This document shows positions 30,351 through 39,524 of a stretch of 64,000 nucleotides of DNA, in pieces. The position numbers and the translations under genes are program-made. Positions within the stretch are counted from its first letter, which is position 1; each line of letters begins with the position of its first letter. Source of the DNA: Candidatus Latescibacterota bacterium (lineage in GTDB: Bacteria; Latescibacterota; UBA2968; UBA8231); NCBI GenBank assembly GCA_965242865.1, contig CBDETK010000013.1:1280001-1344000 (forward strand), in the 5' to 3' direction. The notes below the pieces were generated by a model, which was given only the letters and a program-made list of their open reading frames with translations, searched no databases and was not told the DNA's origin.

Positions 30351-33300
30351 GCGCGTCGGGCGCGAAACGTTGTCAACAAGCGCTCGGCTCGCTGCTTGGC
30401 TTGGGCGGCCGACGCCTCTTTTACCTGCTCGTACCCGCGAATGCCGTCCGGCAATTCGGCGATTTCCACGGCCAGCCCATAGCCTTCTTCGGCCAATGCC
30501 GGTAAGACCTCTTCAATCAACCCGCAGTACCATCCCACCAAGGCGCGTTCCAAGCGGCGAGCCGCCGTGTGCCCGAACGGGTCCCAGCGCGTACCGCGCA
30601 ACCCCTTGAGCCGGCTCAGCAGCACCAGCACCGGACGCAGGCCCTGGCCAAAGCCGATCTTGCCCTTGAGCAAACGCCGCAGCGTGGGCGGATGCAGTTG
30701 CCGGACAATTTCCACCTCCCCATCGAACAAGGCGCGCATCCGCTCTTCGCTGCCGGTGCCCGTTGCCAAGCGCGCGACCTCGTATTCGTCCTTGTACGCC
30801 ATGAGCTTGTACAGGCCGCGCACCACGGCCCGCGTCAGCTGCAAGCCGTGTGCCAAGCCCCGATCGACTTCCCACACTTGGTGCACAAACCGCAAGTAGC
30901 GCTGGGCATACGCGACATCCTGATACGCGCACAGCTCGGCCAGCCGCACCCCCAGCTCCTTCTGCCCCTCCGCATTCAAGCCCGCCAACGCCGCGACTCC
31001 CTCGTCGAGCAGCACCCGAGCCGCCGCATCACCCGCTAGCCGCTCCCGCACTTCGGCCAATTTTTGCGCCGCAGACTCTTGCTGAGTGCCCAACGCCCGC
31101 TCCACGCGCGCCGGGTCGGCCACGGCCAAACGCCCCCAGCGAAAAGCCTGCACGTTGTTTTCCACGGCCTGCGCGTTTAGGGCGATGGCCCGCTCAATGG
31201 AGGCCGCTTGGAGGGGCAGCCCCCCGGCCTGATACGCAGCCCCCAACAGGAGCATGTTGGCGAAAATGGTATCCGAGAAAAGCCGCTCGGCCAGCCAGTA
31301 GGTATCGAGGTAGAGGTTGTCCTTGCTCATGCAGCGGTCAATTAGGGCGCGCAGTTGGGCCGCGTCGGGAAAGGGCTGGGTGCGCGGGTTGCGATTCATG
31401 GCCGCATTGGCGATTTCAGCGGTGCTGACCAAGGCGCGGGTGCGTCGGGGCGCGGCGTATTTGAGGTTTTCTGGCTCGGCCGCCCGCAGCAAGTCAAACC
31501 CCAAGTACAGATCGACCTCCCCGGGGAAGAGGCGGTTGAACACCGGCTGCTCAGCCGCACTTATCACAATCGGCGCTTCGACCGGCCCGCCCTTTTGCGC
31601 CAAGCCCGTATTGTTGGACAAATACACGTACTTGCCCTCCATCATGGCCGCGTACGCAATGAGATGAGAAATCGTCACTACACCCGTTCCGCCGCGCCCC
31701 ATGGCAAAGATCGCGTACGGCCGGTCCAGCGGGCACGCCGGCGGCTCTGGCAACTCGCTCAAAGGCTCCGGCCGGCGGCGGCGCAAGCGCGTGCCTTGGG
31801 CCGGCTTGACCACGGCAAAGGACGGGCACTCGCCGTCGATGCACAGCCCGTCTTGGGCACACTGAGCCTGCCGCACTTGGGTCTTGTCGCCAAACTCGGT
31901 CGCCACGCTGTAGAGCGCGGCGCACCCTTCGGACTGGGCATAACAATCGCCGCAGCCCTCGCAAATGGCCTCGTCGATGAGCACGTATTCCTCGGGCGTC
32001 AACCCTTGGCCGCGGCGACGCCGGCCCTTCTCGGTCGCGCATTCCTTGTCGAGGATGAGCACGGTCGTCCCGGGGATTCCCTTAAACTGCGCTAGGGCCT
32101 CGGCGTGGCGCTCCAAGCCGAACACCGCGATCCGCTCCCCGTCTAAGGGGCGGTAGCGCGCCGGCTCCTCGCTGACGATCCCCACCTTCGCGACCCCCAG
32201 CCCCAAAAGCTCCTGCACGACATCCGCCACTGGCCGCTGCCCGCCGGGCGTCTGCCCGCCAGTGAGCGCGACCGCCCCATTAAAAAGCAGCAGAAAGGTG
32301 ATGTTCACCTCGCCTTGGACGCAGCTTTGGATCGCGCCGCGGCCGCTGTGGAAGTAGCTCCCGTCGCCCAAGTATTGATAGATGTGCTGGTTGCCGTTGA
32401 AGGGGGCCCACCCGCTGTAAATGGCCCCGCCAGCCCCCATCGTGGGGATGTAGAGAACGCCCGAGTCGTAGGCTTCAATCGCCCGGATGGAGGAGCAGCC
32501 AATGGCCCCCCCGGGCTTTTCGCGCAAGTCGCGGAAGCTGTTGTACGGACAGCCGCCGCAGGACATGGGCGTGACGCGGGGCACGGCTGGATAGGTGCGG
32601 TCGAGGACGCGCTGGAGCGCGGCGAGGCGTGCGGGGGCCGCCCCCAGACGCGGCCCGAGCTTGAGCGCCAATTCCTCGGGATCGACCTCGCCGTGCGCCG
32701 GAATCAGCGGCTGCCCGTCCTCGTCCCACTGGCCGTACACCGCCTCCACCTCCGCGCCCCACAGCGCGGCTTTGACGCCCTCTTCGACAAACGGGCCGGG
32801 CTCCTCAACCACGTAGATGCGCCGCAACCCTCGGGCGAATGTGCACACGATTTCGTAGTCGAGCGGGTAGCTCACCGCGAGGTGCAACACCGGCACGCGC
32901 AGCCCCAAGTAGGAAAGGGCCTGCCGCACGTCCGCGTAGCTCTTGCCCACGGCCACAAGGCCGACCTCGCCGCCGGCGTCCGCATCCACGATGCGGTTGA
33001 GGTCGTTGGCGCGGACATAGGCTTCCACCAGCGGCCACTTTTCCTCCACGAGTTGCTGCTGCATGGGCAATGCGCCCGTAGCCATGACGATCTGGTTGAA
33101 TCGCTTGGCAAATGCGCGGGCGGGCAATGCGATGTCGGGCCGCACACGCTCCAAGTCCACCGTGCTCGCGCCATCGCACACCGGCGTCGTTAGCTTGAGT
33201 GCGGTTACTACGCCGGCGTGGCGCGACAAGGCGACCGCGTGCAGCCCCAAGCGAATGACGTCCTCAATGCTGGCCGGATAGAAAATGGGCACCATGCTGC

Positions 33301-33769
33301 TGCGCAACACCCAATCGCTGGCCCCGGGCGAGACCGAGCTTTTGGAGCGGTGATCTTCTCCCGACAGCAGCACCATCGCGCCGCGGGCGCTGGTGCCGCT
33401 GAGGTTGGCCAACCACACCTCGTCGGGAATCCACATCGTGCCGTGCGCTTTGCCATACCAAAAGGCATCCACGTCCCCACTCGCGGCAAACTGGCTGCCC
33501 AATAGGGCCGAAGCCGCGGTTTTCTCGTTGATGCCGAACTGATGCACCGTGCGCCCCAGCTCGTTGAGCGCGTCGAATTGGGCGACCAGCTTCAGGTCTA
33601 GCCCCCCCAGCGGCGACCCCTCATAGCCGGTGAAATAGGTCTGGTTGACGTGGCCGGTGGCTTGGTCGCGCTCCTGCTTTTCGCGCACGAGGCGCACTAT
33701 TGCCTCCACGCCCGTGAGAAAAATCCGGCCATCGCGCTGTAGAAATTTGTCTTGAATGTCCAGCTTCAT
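30347..33769 (-). CDS. Indolepyruvate ferredoxin oxidoreductase family protein (fused)
   Basis: GYEGSPLGG, CGGCP, GDGSYFHSG, CEGCGDC, YKLMAYKDEYEVARL, IRGYEQVK. Confidence 0.92.
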   Translation of the reverse strand: MKLDIQDKFLQRDGRIFLTGVEAIVRLVREKQERDQATGHVNQTYFTGYEGSPLGGLDLKLVAQFDALNELGRTVHQFGINEKTAASALLGSQFAASGDVDAFWYGKAHGTMWIPDEVWLANLSGTSARGAMVLLSGEDHRSKSSVSPGASDWVLRSSMVPIFYPASIEDVIRLGLHAVALSRHAGVVTALKLTTPVCDGASTVDLERVRPDIALPARAFAKRFNQIVMATGALPMQQQLVEEKWPLVEAYVRANDLNRIVDADAGGEVGLVAVGKSYADVRQALSYLGLRVPVLHLAVSYPLDYEIVCTFARGLRRIYVVEEPGPFVEEGVKAALWGAEVEAVYGQWDEDGQPLIPAHGEVDPEELALKLGPRLGAAPARLAALQRVLDRTYPAVPRVTPMSCGGCPYNSFRDLREKPGGAIGCSSIRAIEAYDSGVLYIPTMGAGGAIYSGWAPFNGNQHIYQYLGDGSYFHSGRGAIQSCVQGEVNITFLLLFNGAVALTGGQTPGGQRPVADVVQELLGLGVAKVGIVSEEPARYRPLDGERIAVFGLERHAEALAQFKGIPGTTVLILDKECATEKGRRRRGQGLTPEEYVLIDEAICEGCGDCYAQSEGCAALYSVATEFGDKTQVRQAQCAQDGLCIDGECPSFAVVKPAQGTRLRRRRPEPLSELPEPPACPLDRPYAIFAMGRGGTGVVTISHLIAYAAMMEGKYVYLSNNTGLAQKGGPVEAPIVISAAEQPVFNRLFPGEVDLYLGFDLLRAAEPENLKYAAPRRTRALVSTAEIANAAMNRNPRTQPFPDAAQLRALIDRCMSKDNLYLDTYWLAERLFSDTIFANMLLLGAAYQAGGLPLQAASIERAIALNAQAVENNVQAFRWGRLAVADPARVERALGTQQESAAQKLAEVRERLAGDAAARVLLDEGVAALAGLNAEGQKELGVRLAELCAYQDVAYAQRYLRFVHQVWEVDRGLAHGLQLTRAVVRGLYKLMAYKDEYEVARLATGTGSEERMRALFDGEVEIVRQLHPPTLRRLLKGKIGFGQGLRPVLVLLSRLKGLRGTRWDPFGHTAARRLERALVGWYCGLIEEVLPALAEEGYGLAVEIAELPDGIRGYEQVKEASAAQAKQRAERLLTTFRARRA

Positions 33770-33949
33770 AAGAGGCTCTTGGCGTTGTTTTTTGGCTTCG
33801 TTTAACTTATGTTTTTTACTCGTCAATCCATTCAATCGCAGAAGAAAAGCTAATAAATACAGTGCCTTTTGATCAATGGGGCCGGGATGGCCCAACTTAA
33901 ACGCAGCAAAACATAGCCAAGGCAATCGAAGGGTCGTGAACATCAACCA

Positions 33950-34276
33950 ATGGATATTGGCAACATCATTCGAGCTATAGATGCTAAACGCCACGCCATC
34001 ACCGATCATGCAGATGAAAAATCGCAGGATCGTCAACTAGAGCTTGAAGACGTATTCCACTCCGTCCGCAATGGTGAGATTATCGAAAATTACCCAAGAG
34101 ACAAACCACGCCCAAGTTGCTTGATATATGGAAAAGGTAGCACTAGAGAGCCAATCCACAGTGTTTGGGCCTACGATGAGCAGCGTGAACGAGCAATTCT
34201 GATTACAGTTTATCGTCCCAATCCAGCAATTTGGATCCATGGACGCGAAAGGAGAAAACGCGATGGGGACGTTTGA
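33950..34276 (+). CDS. DUF4258 family putative toxin
   Basis: ITDHA, GEIIENYP..KP.PSCLIYG, PIHSVWA, LITVYRP...W. Confidence 0.85.
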   Translation: MDIGNIIRAIDAKRHAITDHADEKSQDRQLELEDVFHSVRNGEIIENYPRDKPRPSCLIYGKGSTREPIHSVWAYDEQRERAILITVYRPNPAIWIHGRERRKRDGDV

Positions 34277-35366
34277 GGAATGTGCGGTATGTGGTGGCGA
34301 AATTGTCGCCCGAAAAGTCGAGAAGGTTTTGCGCTACGGCAATCGCGCAAAGAGCGTGAAAATTCAGGCAAAAGTTTGTCTTCGTTGTGGCGAACGTTTT
34401 TACGGGCCAAAGGCAACAAAACGCTTTGCCGAAATCCGCGCAAAATTAAAAGCGTCTGACGCACCCAACACGCCATGGCTCAACCTGCAAGACAAATTGG
34501 ATTACGAGATTTGGCTGCTCGGCTTTCTGGAAAAACACCGTGATAAAGACGAGAGTGTGTCGATCGAGATCAAAAGCGGTGAGGAGCAAAATATCAAGGT
34601 AGAGATGGTCGCGGAAGAATCTCTTGCCTCTTACTATACCGTCCCTCTCCTGAACGCCATGATGCCTCTCACTTTTGTTGCTTTCTTCAAGACCTTGGAC
34701 ATGCTTTTTGAGTGGATAATCGAAGGAAATGGCAAAGCGGTTCCTCGGCCATTTAAGTGCAAGGTCGAGCTGCTAAAGAAAGACCTCCAACTGCCCCCTC
34801 TCTTTGAGAACCGACCGTACCTTTACGATTACGCCAAAGCACTCTTTTGCCAACTGCTGCCGTATCGCAATGCAGTAGTTCATGAAAACAGCTTCTGCGT
34901 CTCTAAAGACACCCTGACCCTATCGAGTTCAGCGCAGGGCACCTCCCTGACTTTGAGCAGCAAACAGGTCGATCATTTGATGCGTTTCGCGCGTGTAATC
35001 GTCCGTGCTCTAACAGGCGAAGAGGTCATTGACGACTACCAAGACAAGATGCTGCGCTACTATCTCGACATCCTCGCGCCGGTCCACAAGCTAGAGACTT
35101 TCGGTCAACAACCGCCGAATTTCGTGCATGTCAAACTCACTGTGCCCAAGCAAGGCCCAGCCTTTTTAGTGGATCTGAAGAACGTGCGCGATCAACTTGC
35201 TTGCCCAAACCAAGAAACGATCTTTGACCTTAAGGTGGAAGGCGTGGAAGGAGAGCAGCTCATTGCAAAGTGGCACTTTTCGCCTGAAGAGATTCCAGCT
35301 TTTGACGTGATGACGTTGTACGAGGAATCGCATGCGGCAAACCGAGAGGAGCTCGTCCTTCCGTAG
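34263..35366 (+). CDS. YgiT-type zinc finger fused to a putative HEPN domain
   Basis: CAVCGG..VCLRCGERFY at the N-terminus, then about 300 aa containing RNAVVH (Rx4H). Confidence 0.7.
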   Translation: MGTFEECAVCGGEIVARKVEKVLRYGNRAKSVKIQAKVCLRCGERFYGPKATKRFAEIRAKLKASDAPNTPWLNLQDKLDYEIWLLGFLEKHRDKDESVSIEIKSGEEQNIKVEMVAEESLASYYTVPLLNAMMPLTFVAFFKTLDMLFEWIIEGNGKAVPRPFKCKVELLKKDLQLPPLFENRPYLYDYAKALFCQLLPYRNAVVHENSFCVSKDTLTLSSSAQGTSLTLSSKQVDHLMRFARVIVRALTGEEVIDDYQDKMLRYYLDILAPVHKLETFGQQPPNFVHVKLTVPKQGPAFLVDLKNVRDQLACPNQETIFDLKVEGVEGEQLIAKWHFSPEEIPAFDVMTLYEESHAANREELVLP

Positions 35367-35398
35367 CTCTTGCCCGTTATTCTATATTCCATATAATA
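35366..35398 (+). repeat. 33-bp promoter-like direct repeat, copy 1
   Basis: GCTCTTGCCCGTTATTCTATATTCCATATAATA (TTGCCC-N16-TATAAT), identical to 37183-37215. Confidence 0.9.
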
Positions 35399-35725
35399 GA
35401 GACAGCACCGTAGCAGTACGCCAACCGTAGCGCGGAGTAAACGGTTATAGCCCCCCATCGCGCCGATGGACCTCATACCGCCCCGATAGCCATGAATGAG
35501 CGGGGTCGAGTTCGTGCCCGACCATCTATGATGCCGTAGAGCAGGGTCCGAACGCATCCAGTACCCGGAATCGCAGCCGGGGCGTCAGCATGCGTATAGT
35601 CTCGTGTAGCCGCAGCTATCCGCATGGGTTATTAGGCATCCGTAAGCCGGTGTGATAATATAGGGCTTGTGCTAGGCCGGTGGCTGGGAAATCACGGGGA
35701 CATACCAAGTGGCTGACCTAAAAAA

Positions 35726-36799
35726 ATGAATAAACAAATGAAAAATCCACGTATTATCATCGATGCAAGCTACATTCGCGGTATGGATAGGAGTAAGGCT
35801 CAGTCTTGTTTTGGAGCTATATGTGAAAGAGGTGGTCGCATCGTGATAATCGACACCCTAGTTTACGAGCTTTTTACCACATCTAACAGAAAACAATGGC
35901 CTGTATCACAGATCAAGCTAAGGACATGCGCGAACTCTATTGAAGTATGGGAGCATGTACCTGTAGTGGTGAACTCTGAAATTAAATGTAACCGCCCGGC
36001 CCTGGCCTATGACATTTTAGATATTGAAACTAATAAAACTACTCGACAAATGCTAAAAGGAGATAAGCCTTACATACCTGAAGATTCGGAAAATATAAGG
36101 AGGAAAGTTAGACAAGAAAGAGAATACGATGAGTTCATTGAAATGCTTAAGAAATTCGTTGACCTACAATTATTTACTGATGAGGCTAAAAAACGAATTC
36201 AAAATAACCCAAGTGATAGTGACGAAATCGTACAAATTTTCTATAAATTTATCAATGATCCATCCTGTATTAGGGAGGCCATAAAAATTATAGCTGTTTC
36301 ACTAGATCCCAATGACGTAGATGACGCTTGGGTTACATGGCATTTCTCAAAATTACTCCTAGTCATGTACTGCTACAGTCAATATCAAGGGAAAAATATA
36401 CACCAAATATCAAGGGAAAAACTAATAAACACGAAACACGACTTAGACTACTTGATGTCGCTGGCATTCGAGGATGCAATCGCCTCTAAAGAGAAAAAAG
36501 AAATGTCCGACTTTCGGCAATGGATGTTTGGCGACACAAAACCACTGATAGACAGTTATTGTCCAAAGCAAATCGCTCGTGTTATGGATAGCCTCAAAGG
36601 CAACTCAAGCGATCGTCTTTCGCAAGATCTCGGAGGCAAAGACCAAAAGGCACTGTCGCAAGTGGATTTTATGCAGCTTTCACTTGAGGATCGTCGCCAA
36701 ATTTTGGCCCAGCAAGCAGACCAGCTAAAGAGCTACTACAAAAGGACGAGGGACGAGCGAACGGAATGGCAGGCCGGGGACTTCATAGATGTGTATTAA
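35726..36799 (+). CDS. AT-rich PIN-like protein fused to an antitoxin-like C-terminal segment
   Basis: IIIDAS, VYEL and NTKHDLDYL..ED acidic pattern; C-terminal FMQLSLEDRRQILAQQA..EWQAGDF overlaps the mazF start. Confidence 0.6.
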   Translation: MNKQMKNPRIIIDASYIRGMDRSKAQSCFGAICERGGRIVIIDTLVYELFTTSNRKQWPVSQIKLRTCANSIEVWEHVPVVVNSEIKCNRPALAYDILDIETNKTTRQMLKGDKPYIPEDSENIRRKVRQEREYDEFIEMLKKFVDLQLFTDEAKKRIQNNPSDSDEIVQIFYKFINDPSCIREAIKIIAVSLDPNDVDDAWVTWHFSKLLLVMYCYSQYQGKNIHQISREKLINTKHDLDYLMSLAFEDAIASKEKKEMSDFRQWMFGDTKPLIDSYCPKQIARVMDSLKGNSSDRLSQDLGGKDQKALSQVDFMQLSLEDRRQILAQQADQLKSYYKRTRDERTEWQAGDFIDVY

Positions 36800-37133
36800 A
36801 CGCGGCGAAATATGGCGCGTGAATCTCGATCCAACCCGCGGCACAGAAATTCGCAAGACTCGTCCCGCCGTTGTTGTTAGCTCCGATTGGGTCGGCACCT
36901 TGCCAATTCGGTTGATCGCTCCATTGACCGAATGAAAACATCACTTTGAGCATAAAATTTGGCTCGTCAAGCTGGTGCCCGATCACACCAATGGACTGAC
37001 GAAACCATCTGTGGCTGATATATTACAACTGCGCGGAGTTGATACGCGGCGACTCAGCGAAAAAGTGGGCAGTATCTCTGAAACGGATATGCGTTCAATT
37101 GTTAGCGCAATCGCGGCGATCATCGAGTATTGA
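36789..37133 (+). pseudogene. mazF: MazF/PemK toxin with in-frame TGA at 36933-36935
   Basis: MCIKRGEIWRVNLDPTRGTEIRKTRPAVVVS..APLTE*KHH..NGLTKPSVADILQLRGVD..IIEY*. Confidence 0.88.
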
Positions 37134-37182
37134 CGCGATCTTTGGCCCAAAGGTGTGCGCTTGACCGGAGCGGAGTTAGGCC

Positions 37183-37215
37183 GCTCTTGCCCGTTATTCT
37201 ATATTCCATATAATA
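37183..37215 (+). promoter_or_regulatory. Sigma-70-like promoter of 37253 (repeat copy 2)
   Basis: TTGCCC-N16-TATAAT about 40 bp before the ATG. Confidence 0.65.
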
Positions 37216-37252
37216 AGTACGCCAACCTTCAATCCAAACTCAGAGCTTAACA

Positions 37253-37540
37253 ATGGCCGAAACGATTGACGAACTCACCATCCATTACGAAGAAAACGGC
37301 AAAGTCTTGCGCCGGGAAGTAGCCAAGGAAGTGCTCAGCAAGGGCGCTTGGACGACGATCATGTACCTCTATCAAGACCTCAACCGCAAAACCGGCGAGT
37401 ACGGCCCGCACAAAATATCCATTCGCCGCTATCAGAAGCGCGACGGGACCTTTCTACAGCGCAGCAAGTTTGAGGTGTCCAGCCAAGCCCAAGCACACAC
37501 GATCTGCCGCAAGATACAGGACTGGTTCCCCCCCGCCTAG
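37253..37540 (+). CDS. Hypothetical protein, possibly a small nucleic-acid-binding beta fold
   Basis: 95 aa, host-like codons, KEVLSKGAWTTIM and ISIRRYQK. Confidence 0.7.
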   Translation: MAETIDELTIHYEENGKVLRREVAKEVLSKGAWTTIMYLYQDLNRKTGEYGPHKISIRRYQKRDGTFLQRSKFEVSSQAQAHTICRKIQDWFPPA

Positions 37541-37549
37541 CCGCGTCGC

Positions 37550-38698
37550 TTACCCGGCTCTGGTAGCAACCTTCACCGGCACGCGATGCCAGCCCGTGCG
37601 GCCGTCGTACAGGTCGGGGCCTTCATCGACTTCCGGCTGCCTGTCCCCTGAGCTATCGGTTGCCCGCGCCACGATATGGTACTCGCCCGTGGCGGGCAAT
37701 TTCCATTCGTAGGCCCAAGTGACCCAAATGTTCGGCAAGCGCTGCGTGGTAATCTGCGCCTCGGCCCAAGACCGCCCGCCATTGGTGCTGACCTCGACCT
37801 TTTCGACCGTGCGCTCGCCAGCCATGGCGATCCCGTGAATGACAAAGGAGCGCCCTTCGGCCCCGCGCAGGGTTTGCAGCACCACGGAAACGCCGCCGTT
37901 GGCCGGGTCTTTCACATCGTCCCACACCGAGAGGGGCGCGTCAATCCGCGAGTTCACGGTCGCCACGGCCGCGTCCGACCACTTGAAGGACTTGTTCTCG
38001 GGCTTGCTCTCCCAATAGCCTAAATGGACTTTGTCGATCAACTCGATGCGGGTGATCCACTTCGGCATCTTCTGCCCGTAGTGCCCGGGGTTTATCAAGC
38101 GCAGGGGAAACCCGTGCTTGGAGGGCAGGGGCTCGCCGTTCATTTCCCAAGCGAGAATCACCTCGTCGCGGAGCGCCCGCTCCAGTGGAATCGACGTGGT
38201 ATAGCCATCGACGCTGTAAAACTTGACCCGGATCGCCTCGCCCTTGATCCCGGCTCGATCGAGGACCTCCGCAAGCGGCGTACCGCCCCACTCGGCATTG
38301 CCCACTAACGGCCCGCCGGTCCAGTTGCCAATGCACTGCATGGTCAAGACCTGCCGCTGCATGGGCAGCGCGGTAATATCCGCGTACGTCCAGCCGGCGT
38401 TGGGCTGGTCCACCAACCCATTCACGGCCAAGCGCCAACTATCGGCCACCAAGCGCGGATCGTAGTTGGTTCCCTTAATCGACTGGAGATAGTGCCGCGC
38501 ATTGGAGGTAATCGGCGGCAGCGGTAGGGCCGCTTCCGCCGGCATCTCTTCCAGATCCATGCTTGGGTCCATGTCCGGCCCGGTGGGCATGCTCTTGAAG
38601 CGCACCTCGTTGCCGTCGCACCCCCAAACGGGGAAAATCGCGGTGGCGACAACTGCCCCGCTCGACTTGAGAAACTGACGTCTAGTTGATTTGTGCAT
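37550..38698 (-). CDS. Tat-exported sulfite-oxidase-family molybdoenzyme
   Basis: TRRQFLK, QCIGN, GNAEWGG, HGFPLRL, KMPKW. Confidence 0.9.
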   Translation of the reverse strand: MHKSTRRQFLKSSGAVVATAIFPVWGCDGNEVRFKSMPTGPDMDPSMDLEEMPAEAALPLPPITSNARHYLQSIKGTNYDPRLVADSWRLAVNGLVDQPNAGWTYADITALPMQRQVLTMQCIGNWTGGPLVGNAEWGGTPLAEVLDRAGIKGEAIRVKFYSVDGYTTSIPLERALRDEVILAWEMNGEPLPSKHGFPLRLINPGHYGQKMPKWITRIELIDKVHLGYWESKPENKSFKWSDAAVATVNSRIDAPLSVWDDVKDPANGGVSVVLQTLRGAEGRSFVIHGIAMAGERTVEKVEVSTNGGRSWAEAQITTQRLPNIWVTWAYEWKLPATGEYHIVARATDSSGDRQPEVDEGPDLYDGRTGWHRVPVKVATRAG

Positions 38699-38708
38699 GA
38701 CGACTCCT

Positions 38709-39524
38709 TTAGCGAATGAGGGCCAACCCCAAGCCCCACGACGACCCGGCCCCGATGTTTTCTCCGGTAAAAACCACCTTCCACAACAAGTCGATCCACA
38801 GCGGGCCAACCACTTGCACGGCCGCGTTGCCGCCCACTTCGGCCCAATCGCCCTCCGAGACCTGCGCCACTCCGACCAGCCCGCTTTCCGAGTCGCCCGC
38901 GCTGAGCGTGTACACCCCGGCGACAAAGCCCTTGGCAAACAGCCACGGCCACGGCGTAGCCCCTAGCTCGACAAAATAGGACCCTTGGTTGGAAAACGGA
39001 CCGCCGCGCAGCTTGTATCCCGCCTCGGCCCCGGCGTAGAGCGGCAGCGGATAGAGCGACAGCCCCGCCAAGAGCCGCGTTTCAAATTCGGAATACCCGG
39101 TGCCCAAGGCCGGGTCGTACTCGCGGTCGTACCCGCTCGGAACCACGACCGCGACCTGCGGCGACAGCACCAGCCGGCCCTCGGTGAGTTGGTATTTCGC
39201 GCCGAGTTGCACGTCGCCCAACCCCCAAGTGATGCGCTCGACAAAGCGATCTTCCGACACCAGCCGCCCCGCGCCAACTTGGCCGGTCAGCGTCAACCGC
39301 TCGCGCAACCCGTATTCGAGGTACGCGAGGACTTGGCGGGCGCGGAATTGGTTGTCGTCCATGCCCATGGGCGCACGGCGGCCCATGTCGTTGAAGACCT
39401 CGGCGGTCGAGTAGTGTAGCCCCGATAGTTTGGCGTAGTAACTGCCCCGGGGCTGACTCCAAGCCCCGGCCCAGCTCTCGCCGGCCCAACATAGAGCCAA
39501 CAGGCCCATTGCTAACCAACGCAT
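38709..39524 (-). CDS. Exported probable beta-barrel protein
   Basis: Signal peptide ..ESWA-GAW, YLEYGL, GLGD, amphipathic strands. Confidence 0.65.
   Translation of the reverse strand: MRWLAMGLLALCWAGESWAGAWSQPRGSYYAKLSGLHYSTAEVFNDMGRRAPMGMDDNQFRARQVLAYLEYGLRERLTLTGQVGAGRLVSEDRFVERITWGLGDVQLGAKYQLTEGRLVLSPQVAVVVPSGYDREYDPALGTGYSEFETRLLAGLSLYPLPLYAGAEAGYKLRGGPFSNQGSYFVELGATPWPWLFAKGFVAGVYTLSAGDSESGLVGVAQVSEGDWAEVGGNAAVQVVGPLWIDLLWKVVFTGENIGAGSSWGLGLALIR

Noticed and set aside
33770-34036. N-terminal extension of the oxidoreductase ORF
   Set aside because: AT-rich, overlaps the divergent DUF4258 gene; family-like sequence starts at ATG 33769.
33900-37200. Integron cassette array
   Set aside because: No intI and no convincing attC (RYYYAAC...GTTRRRY) pairs recognised.
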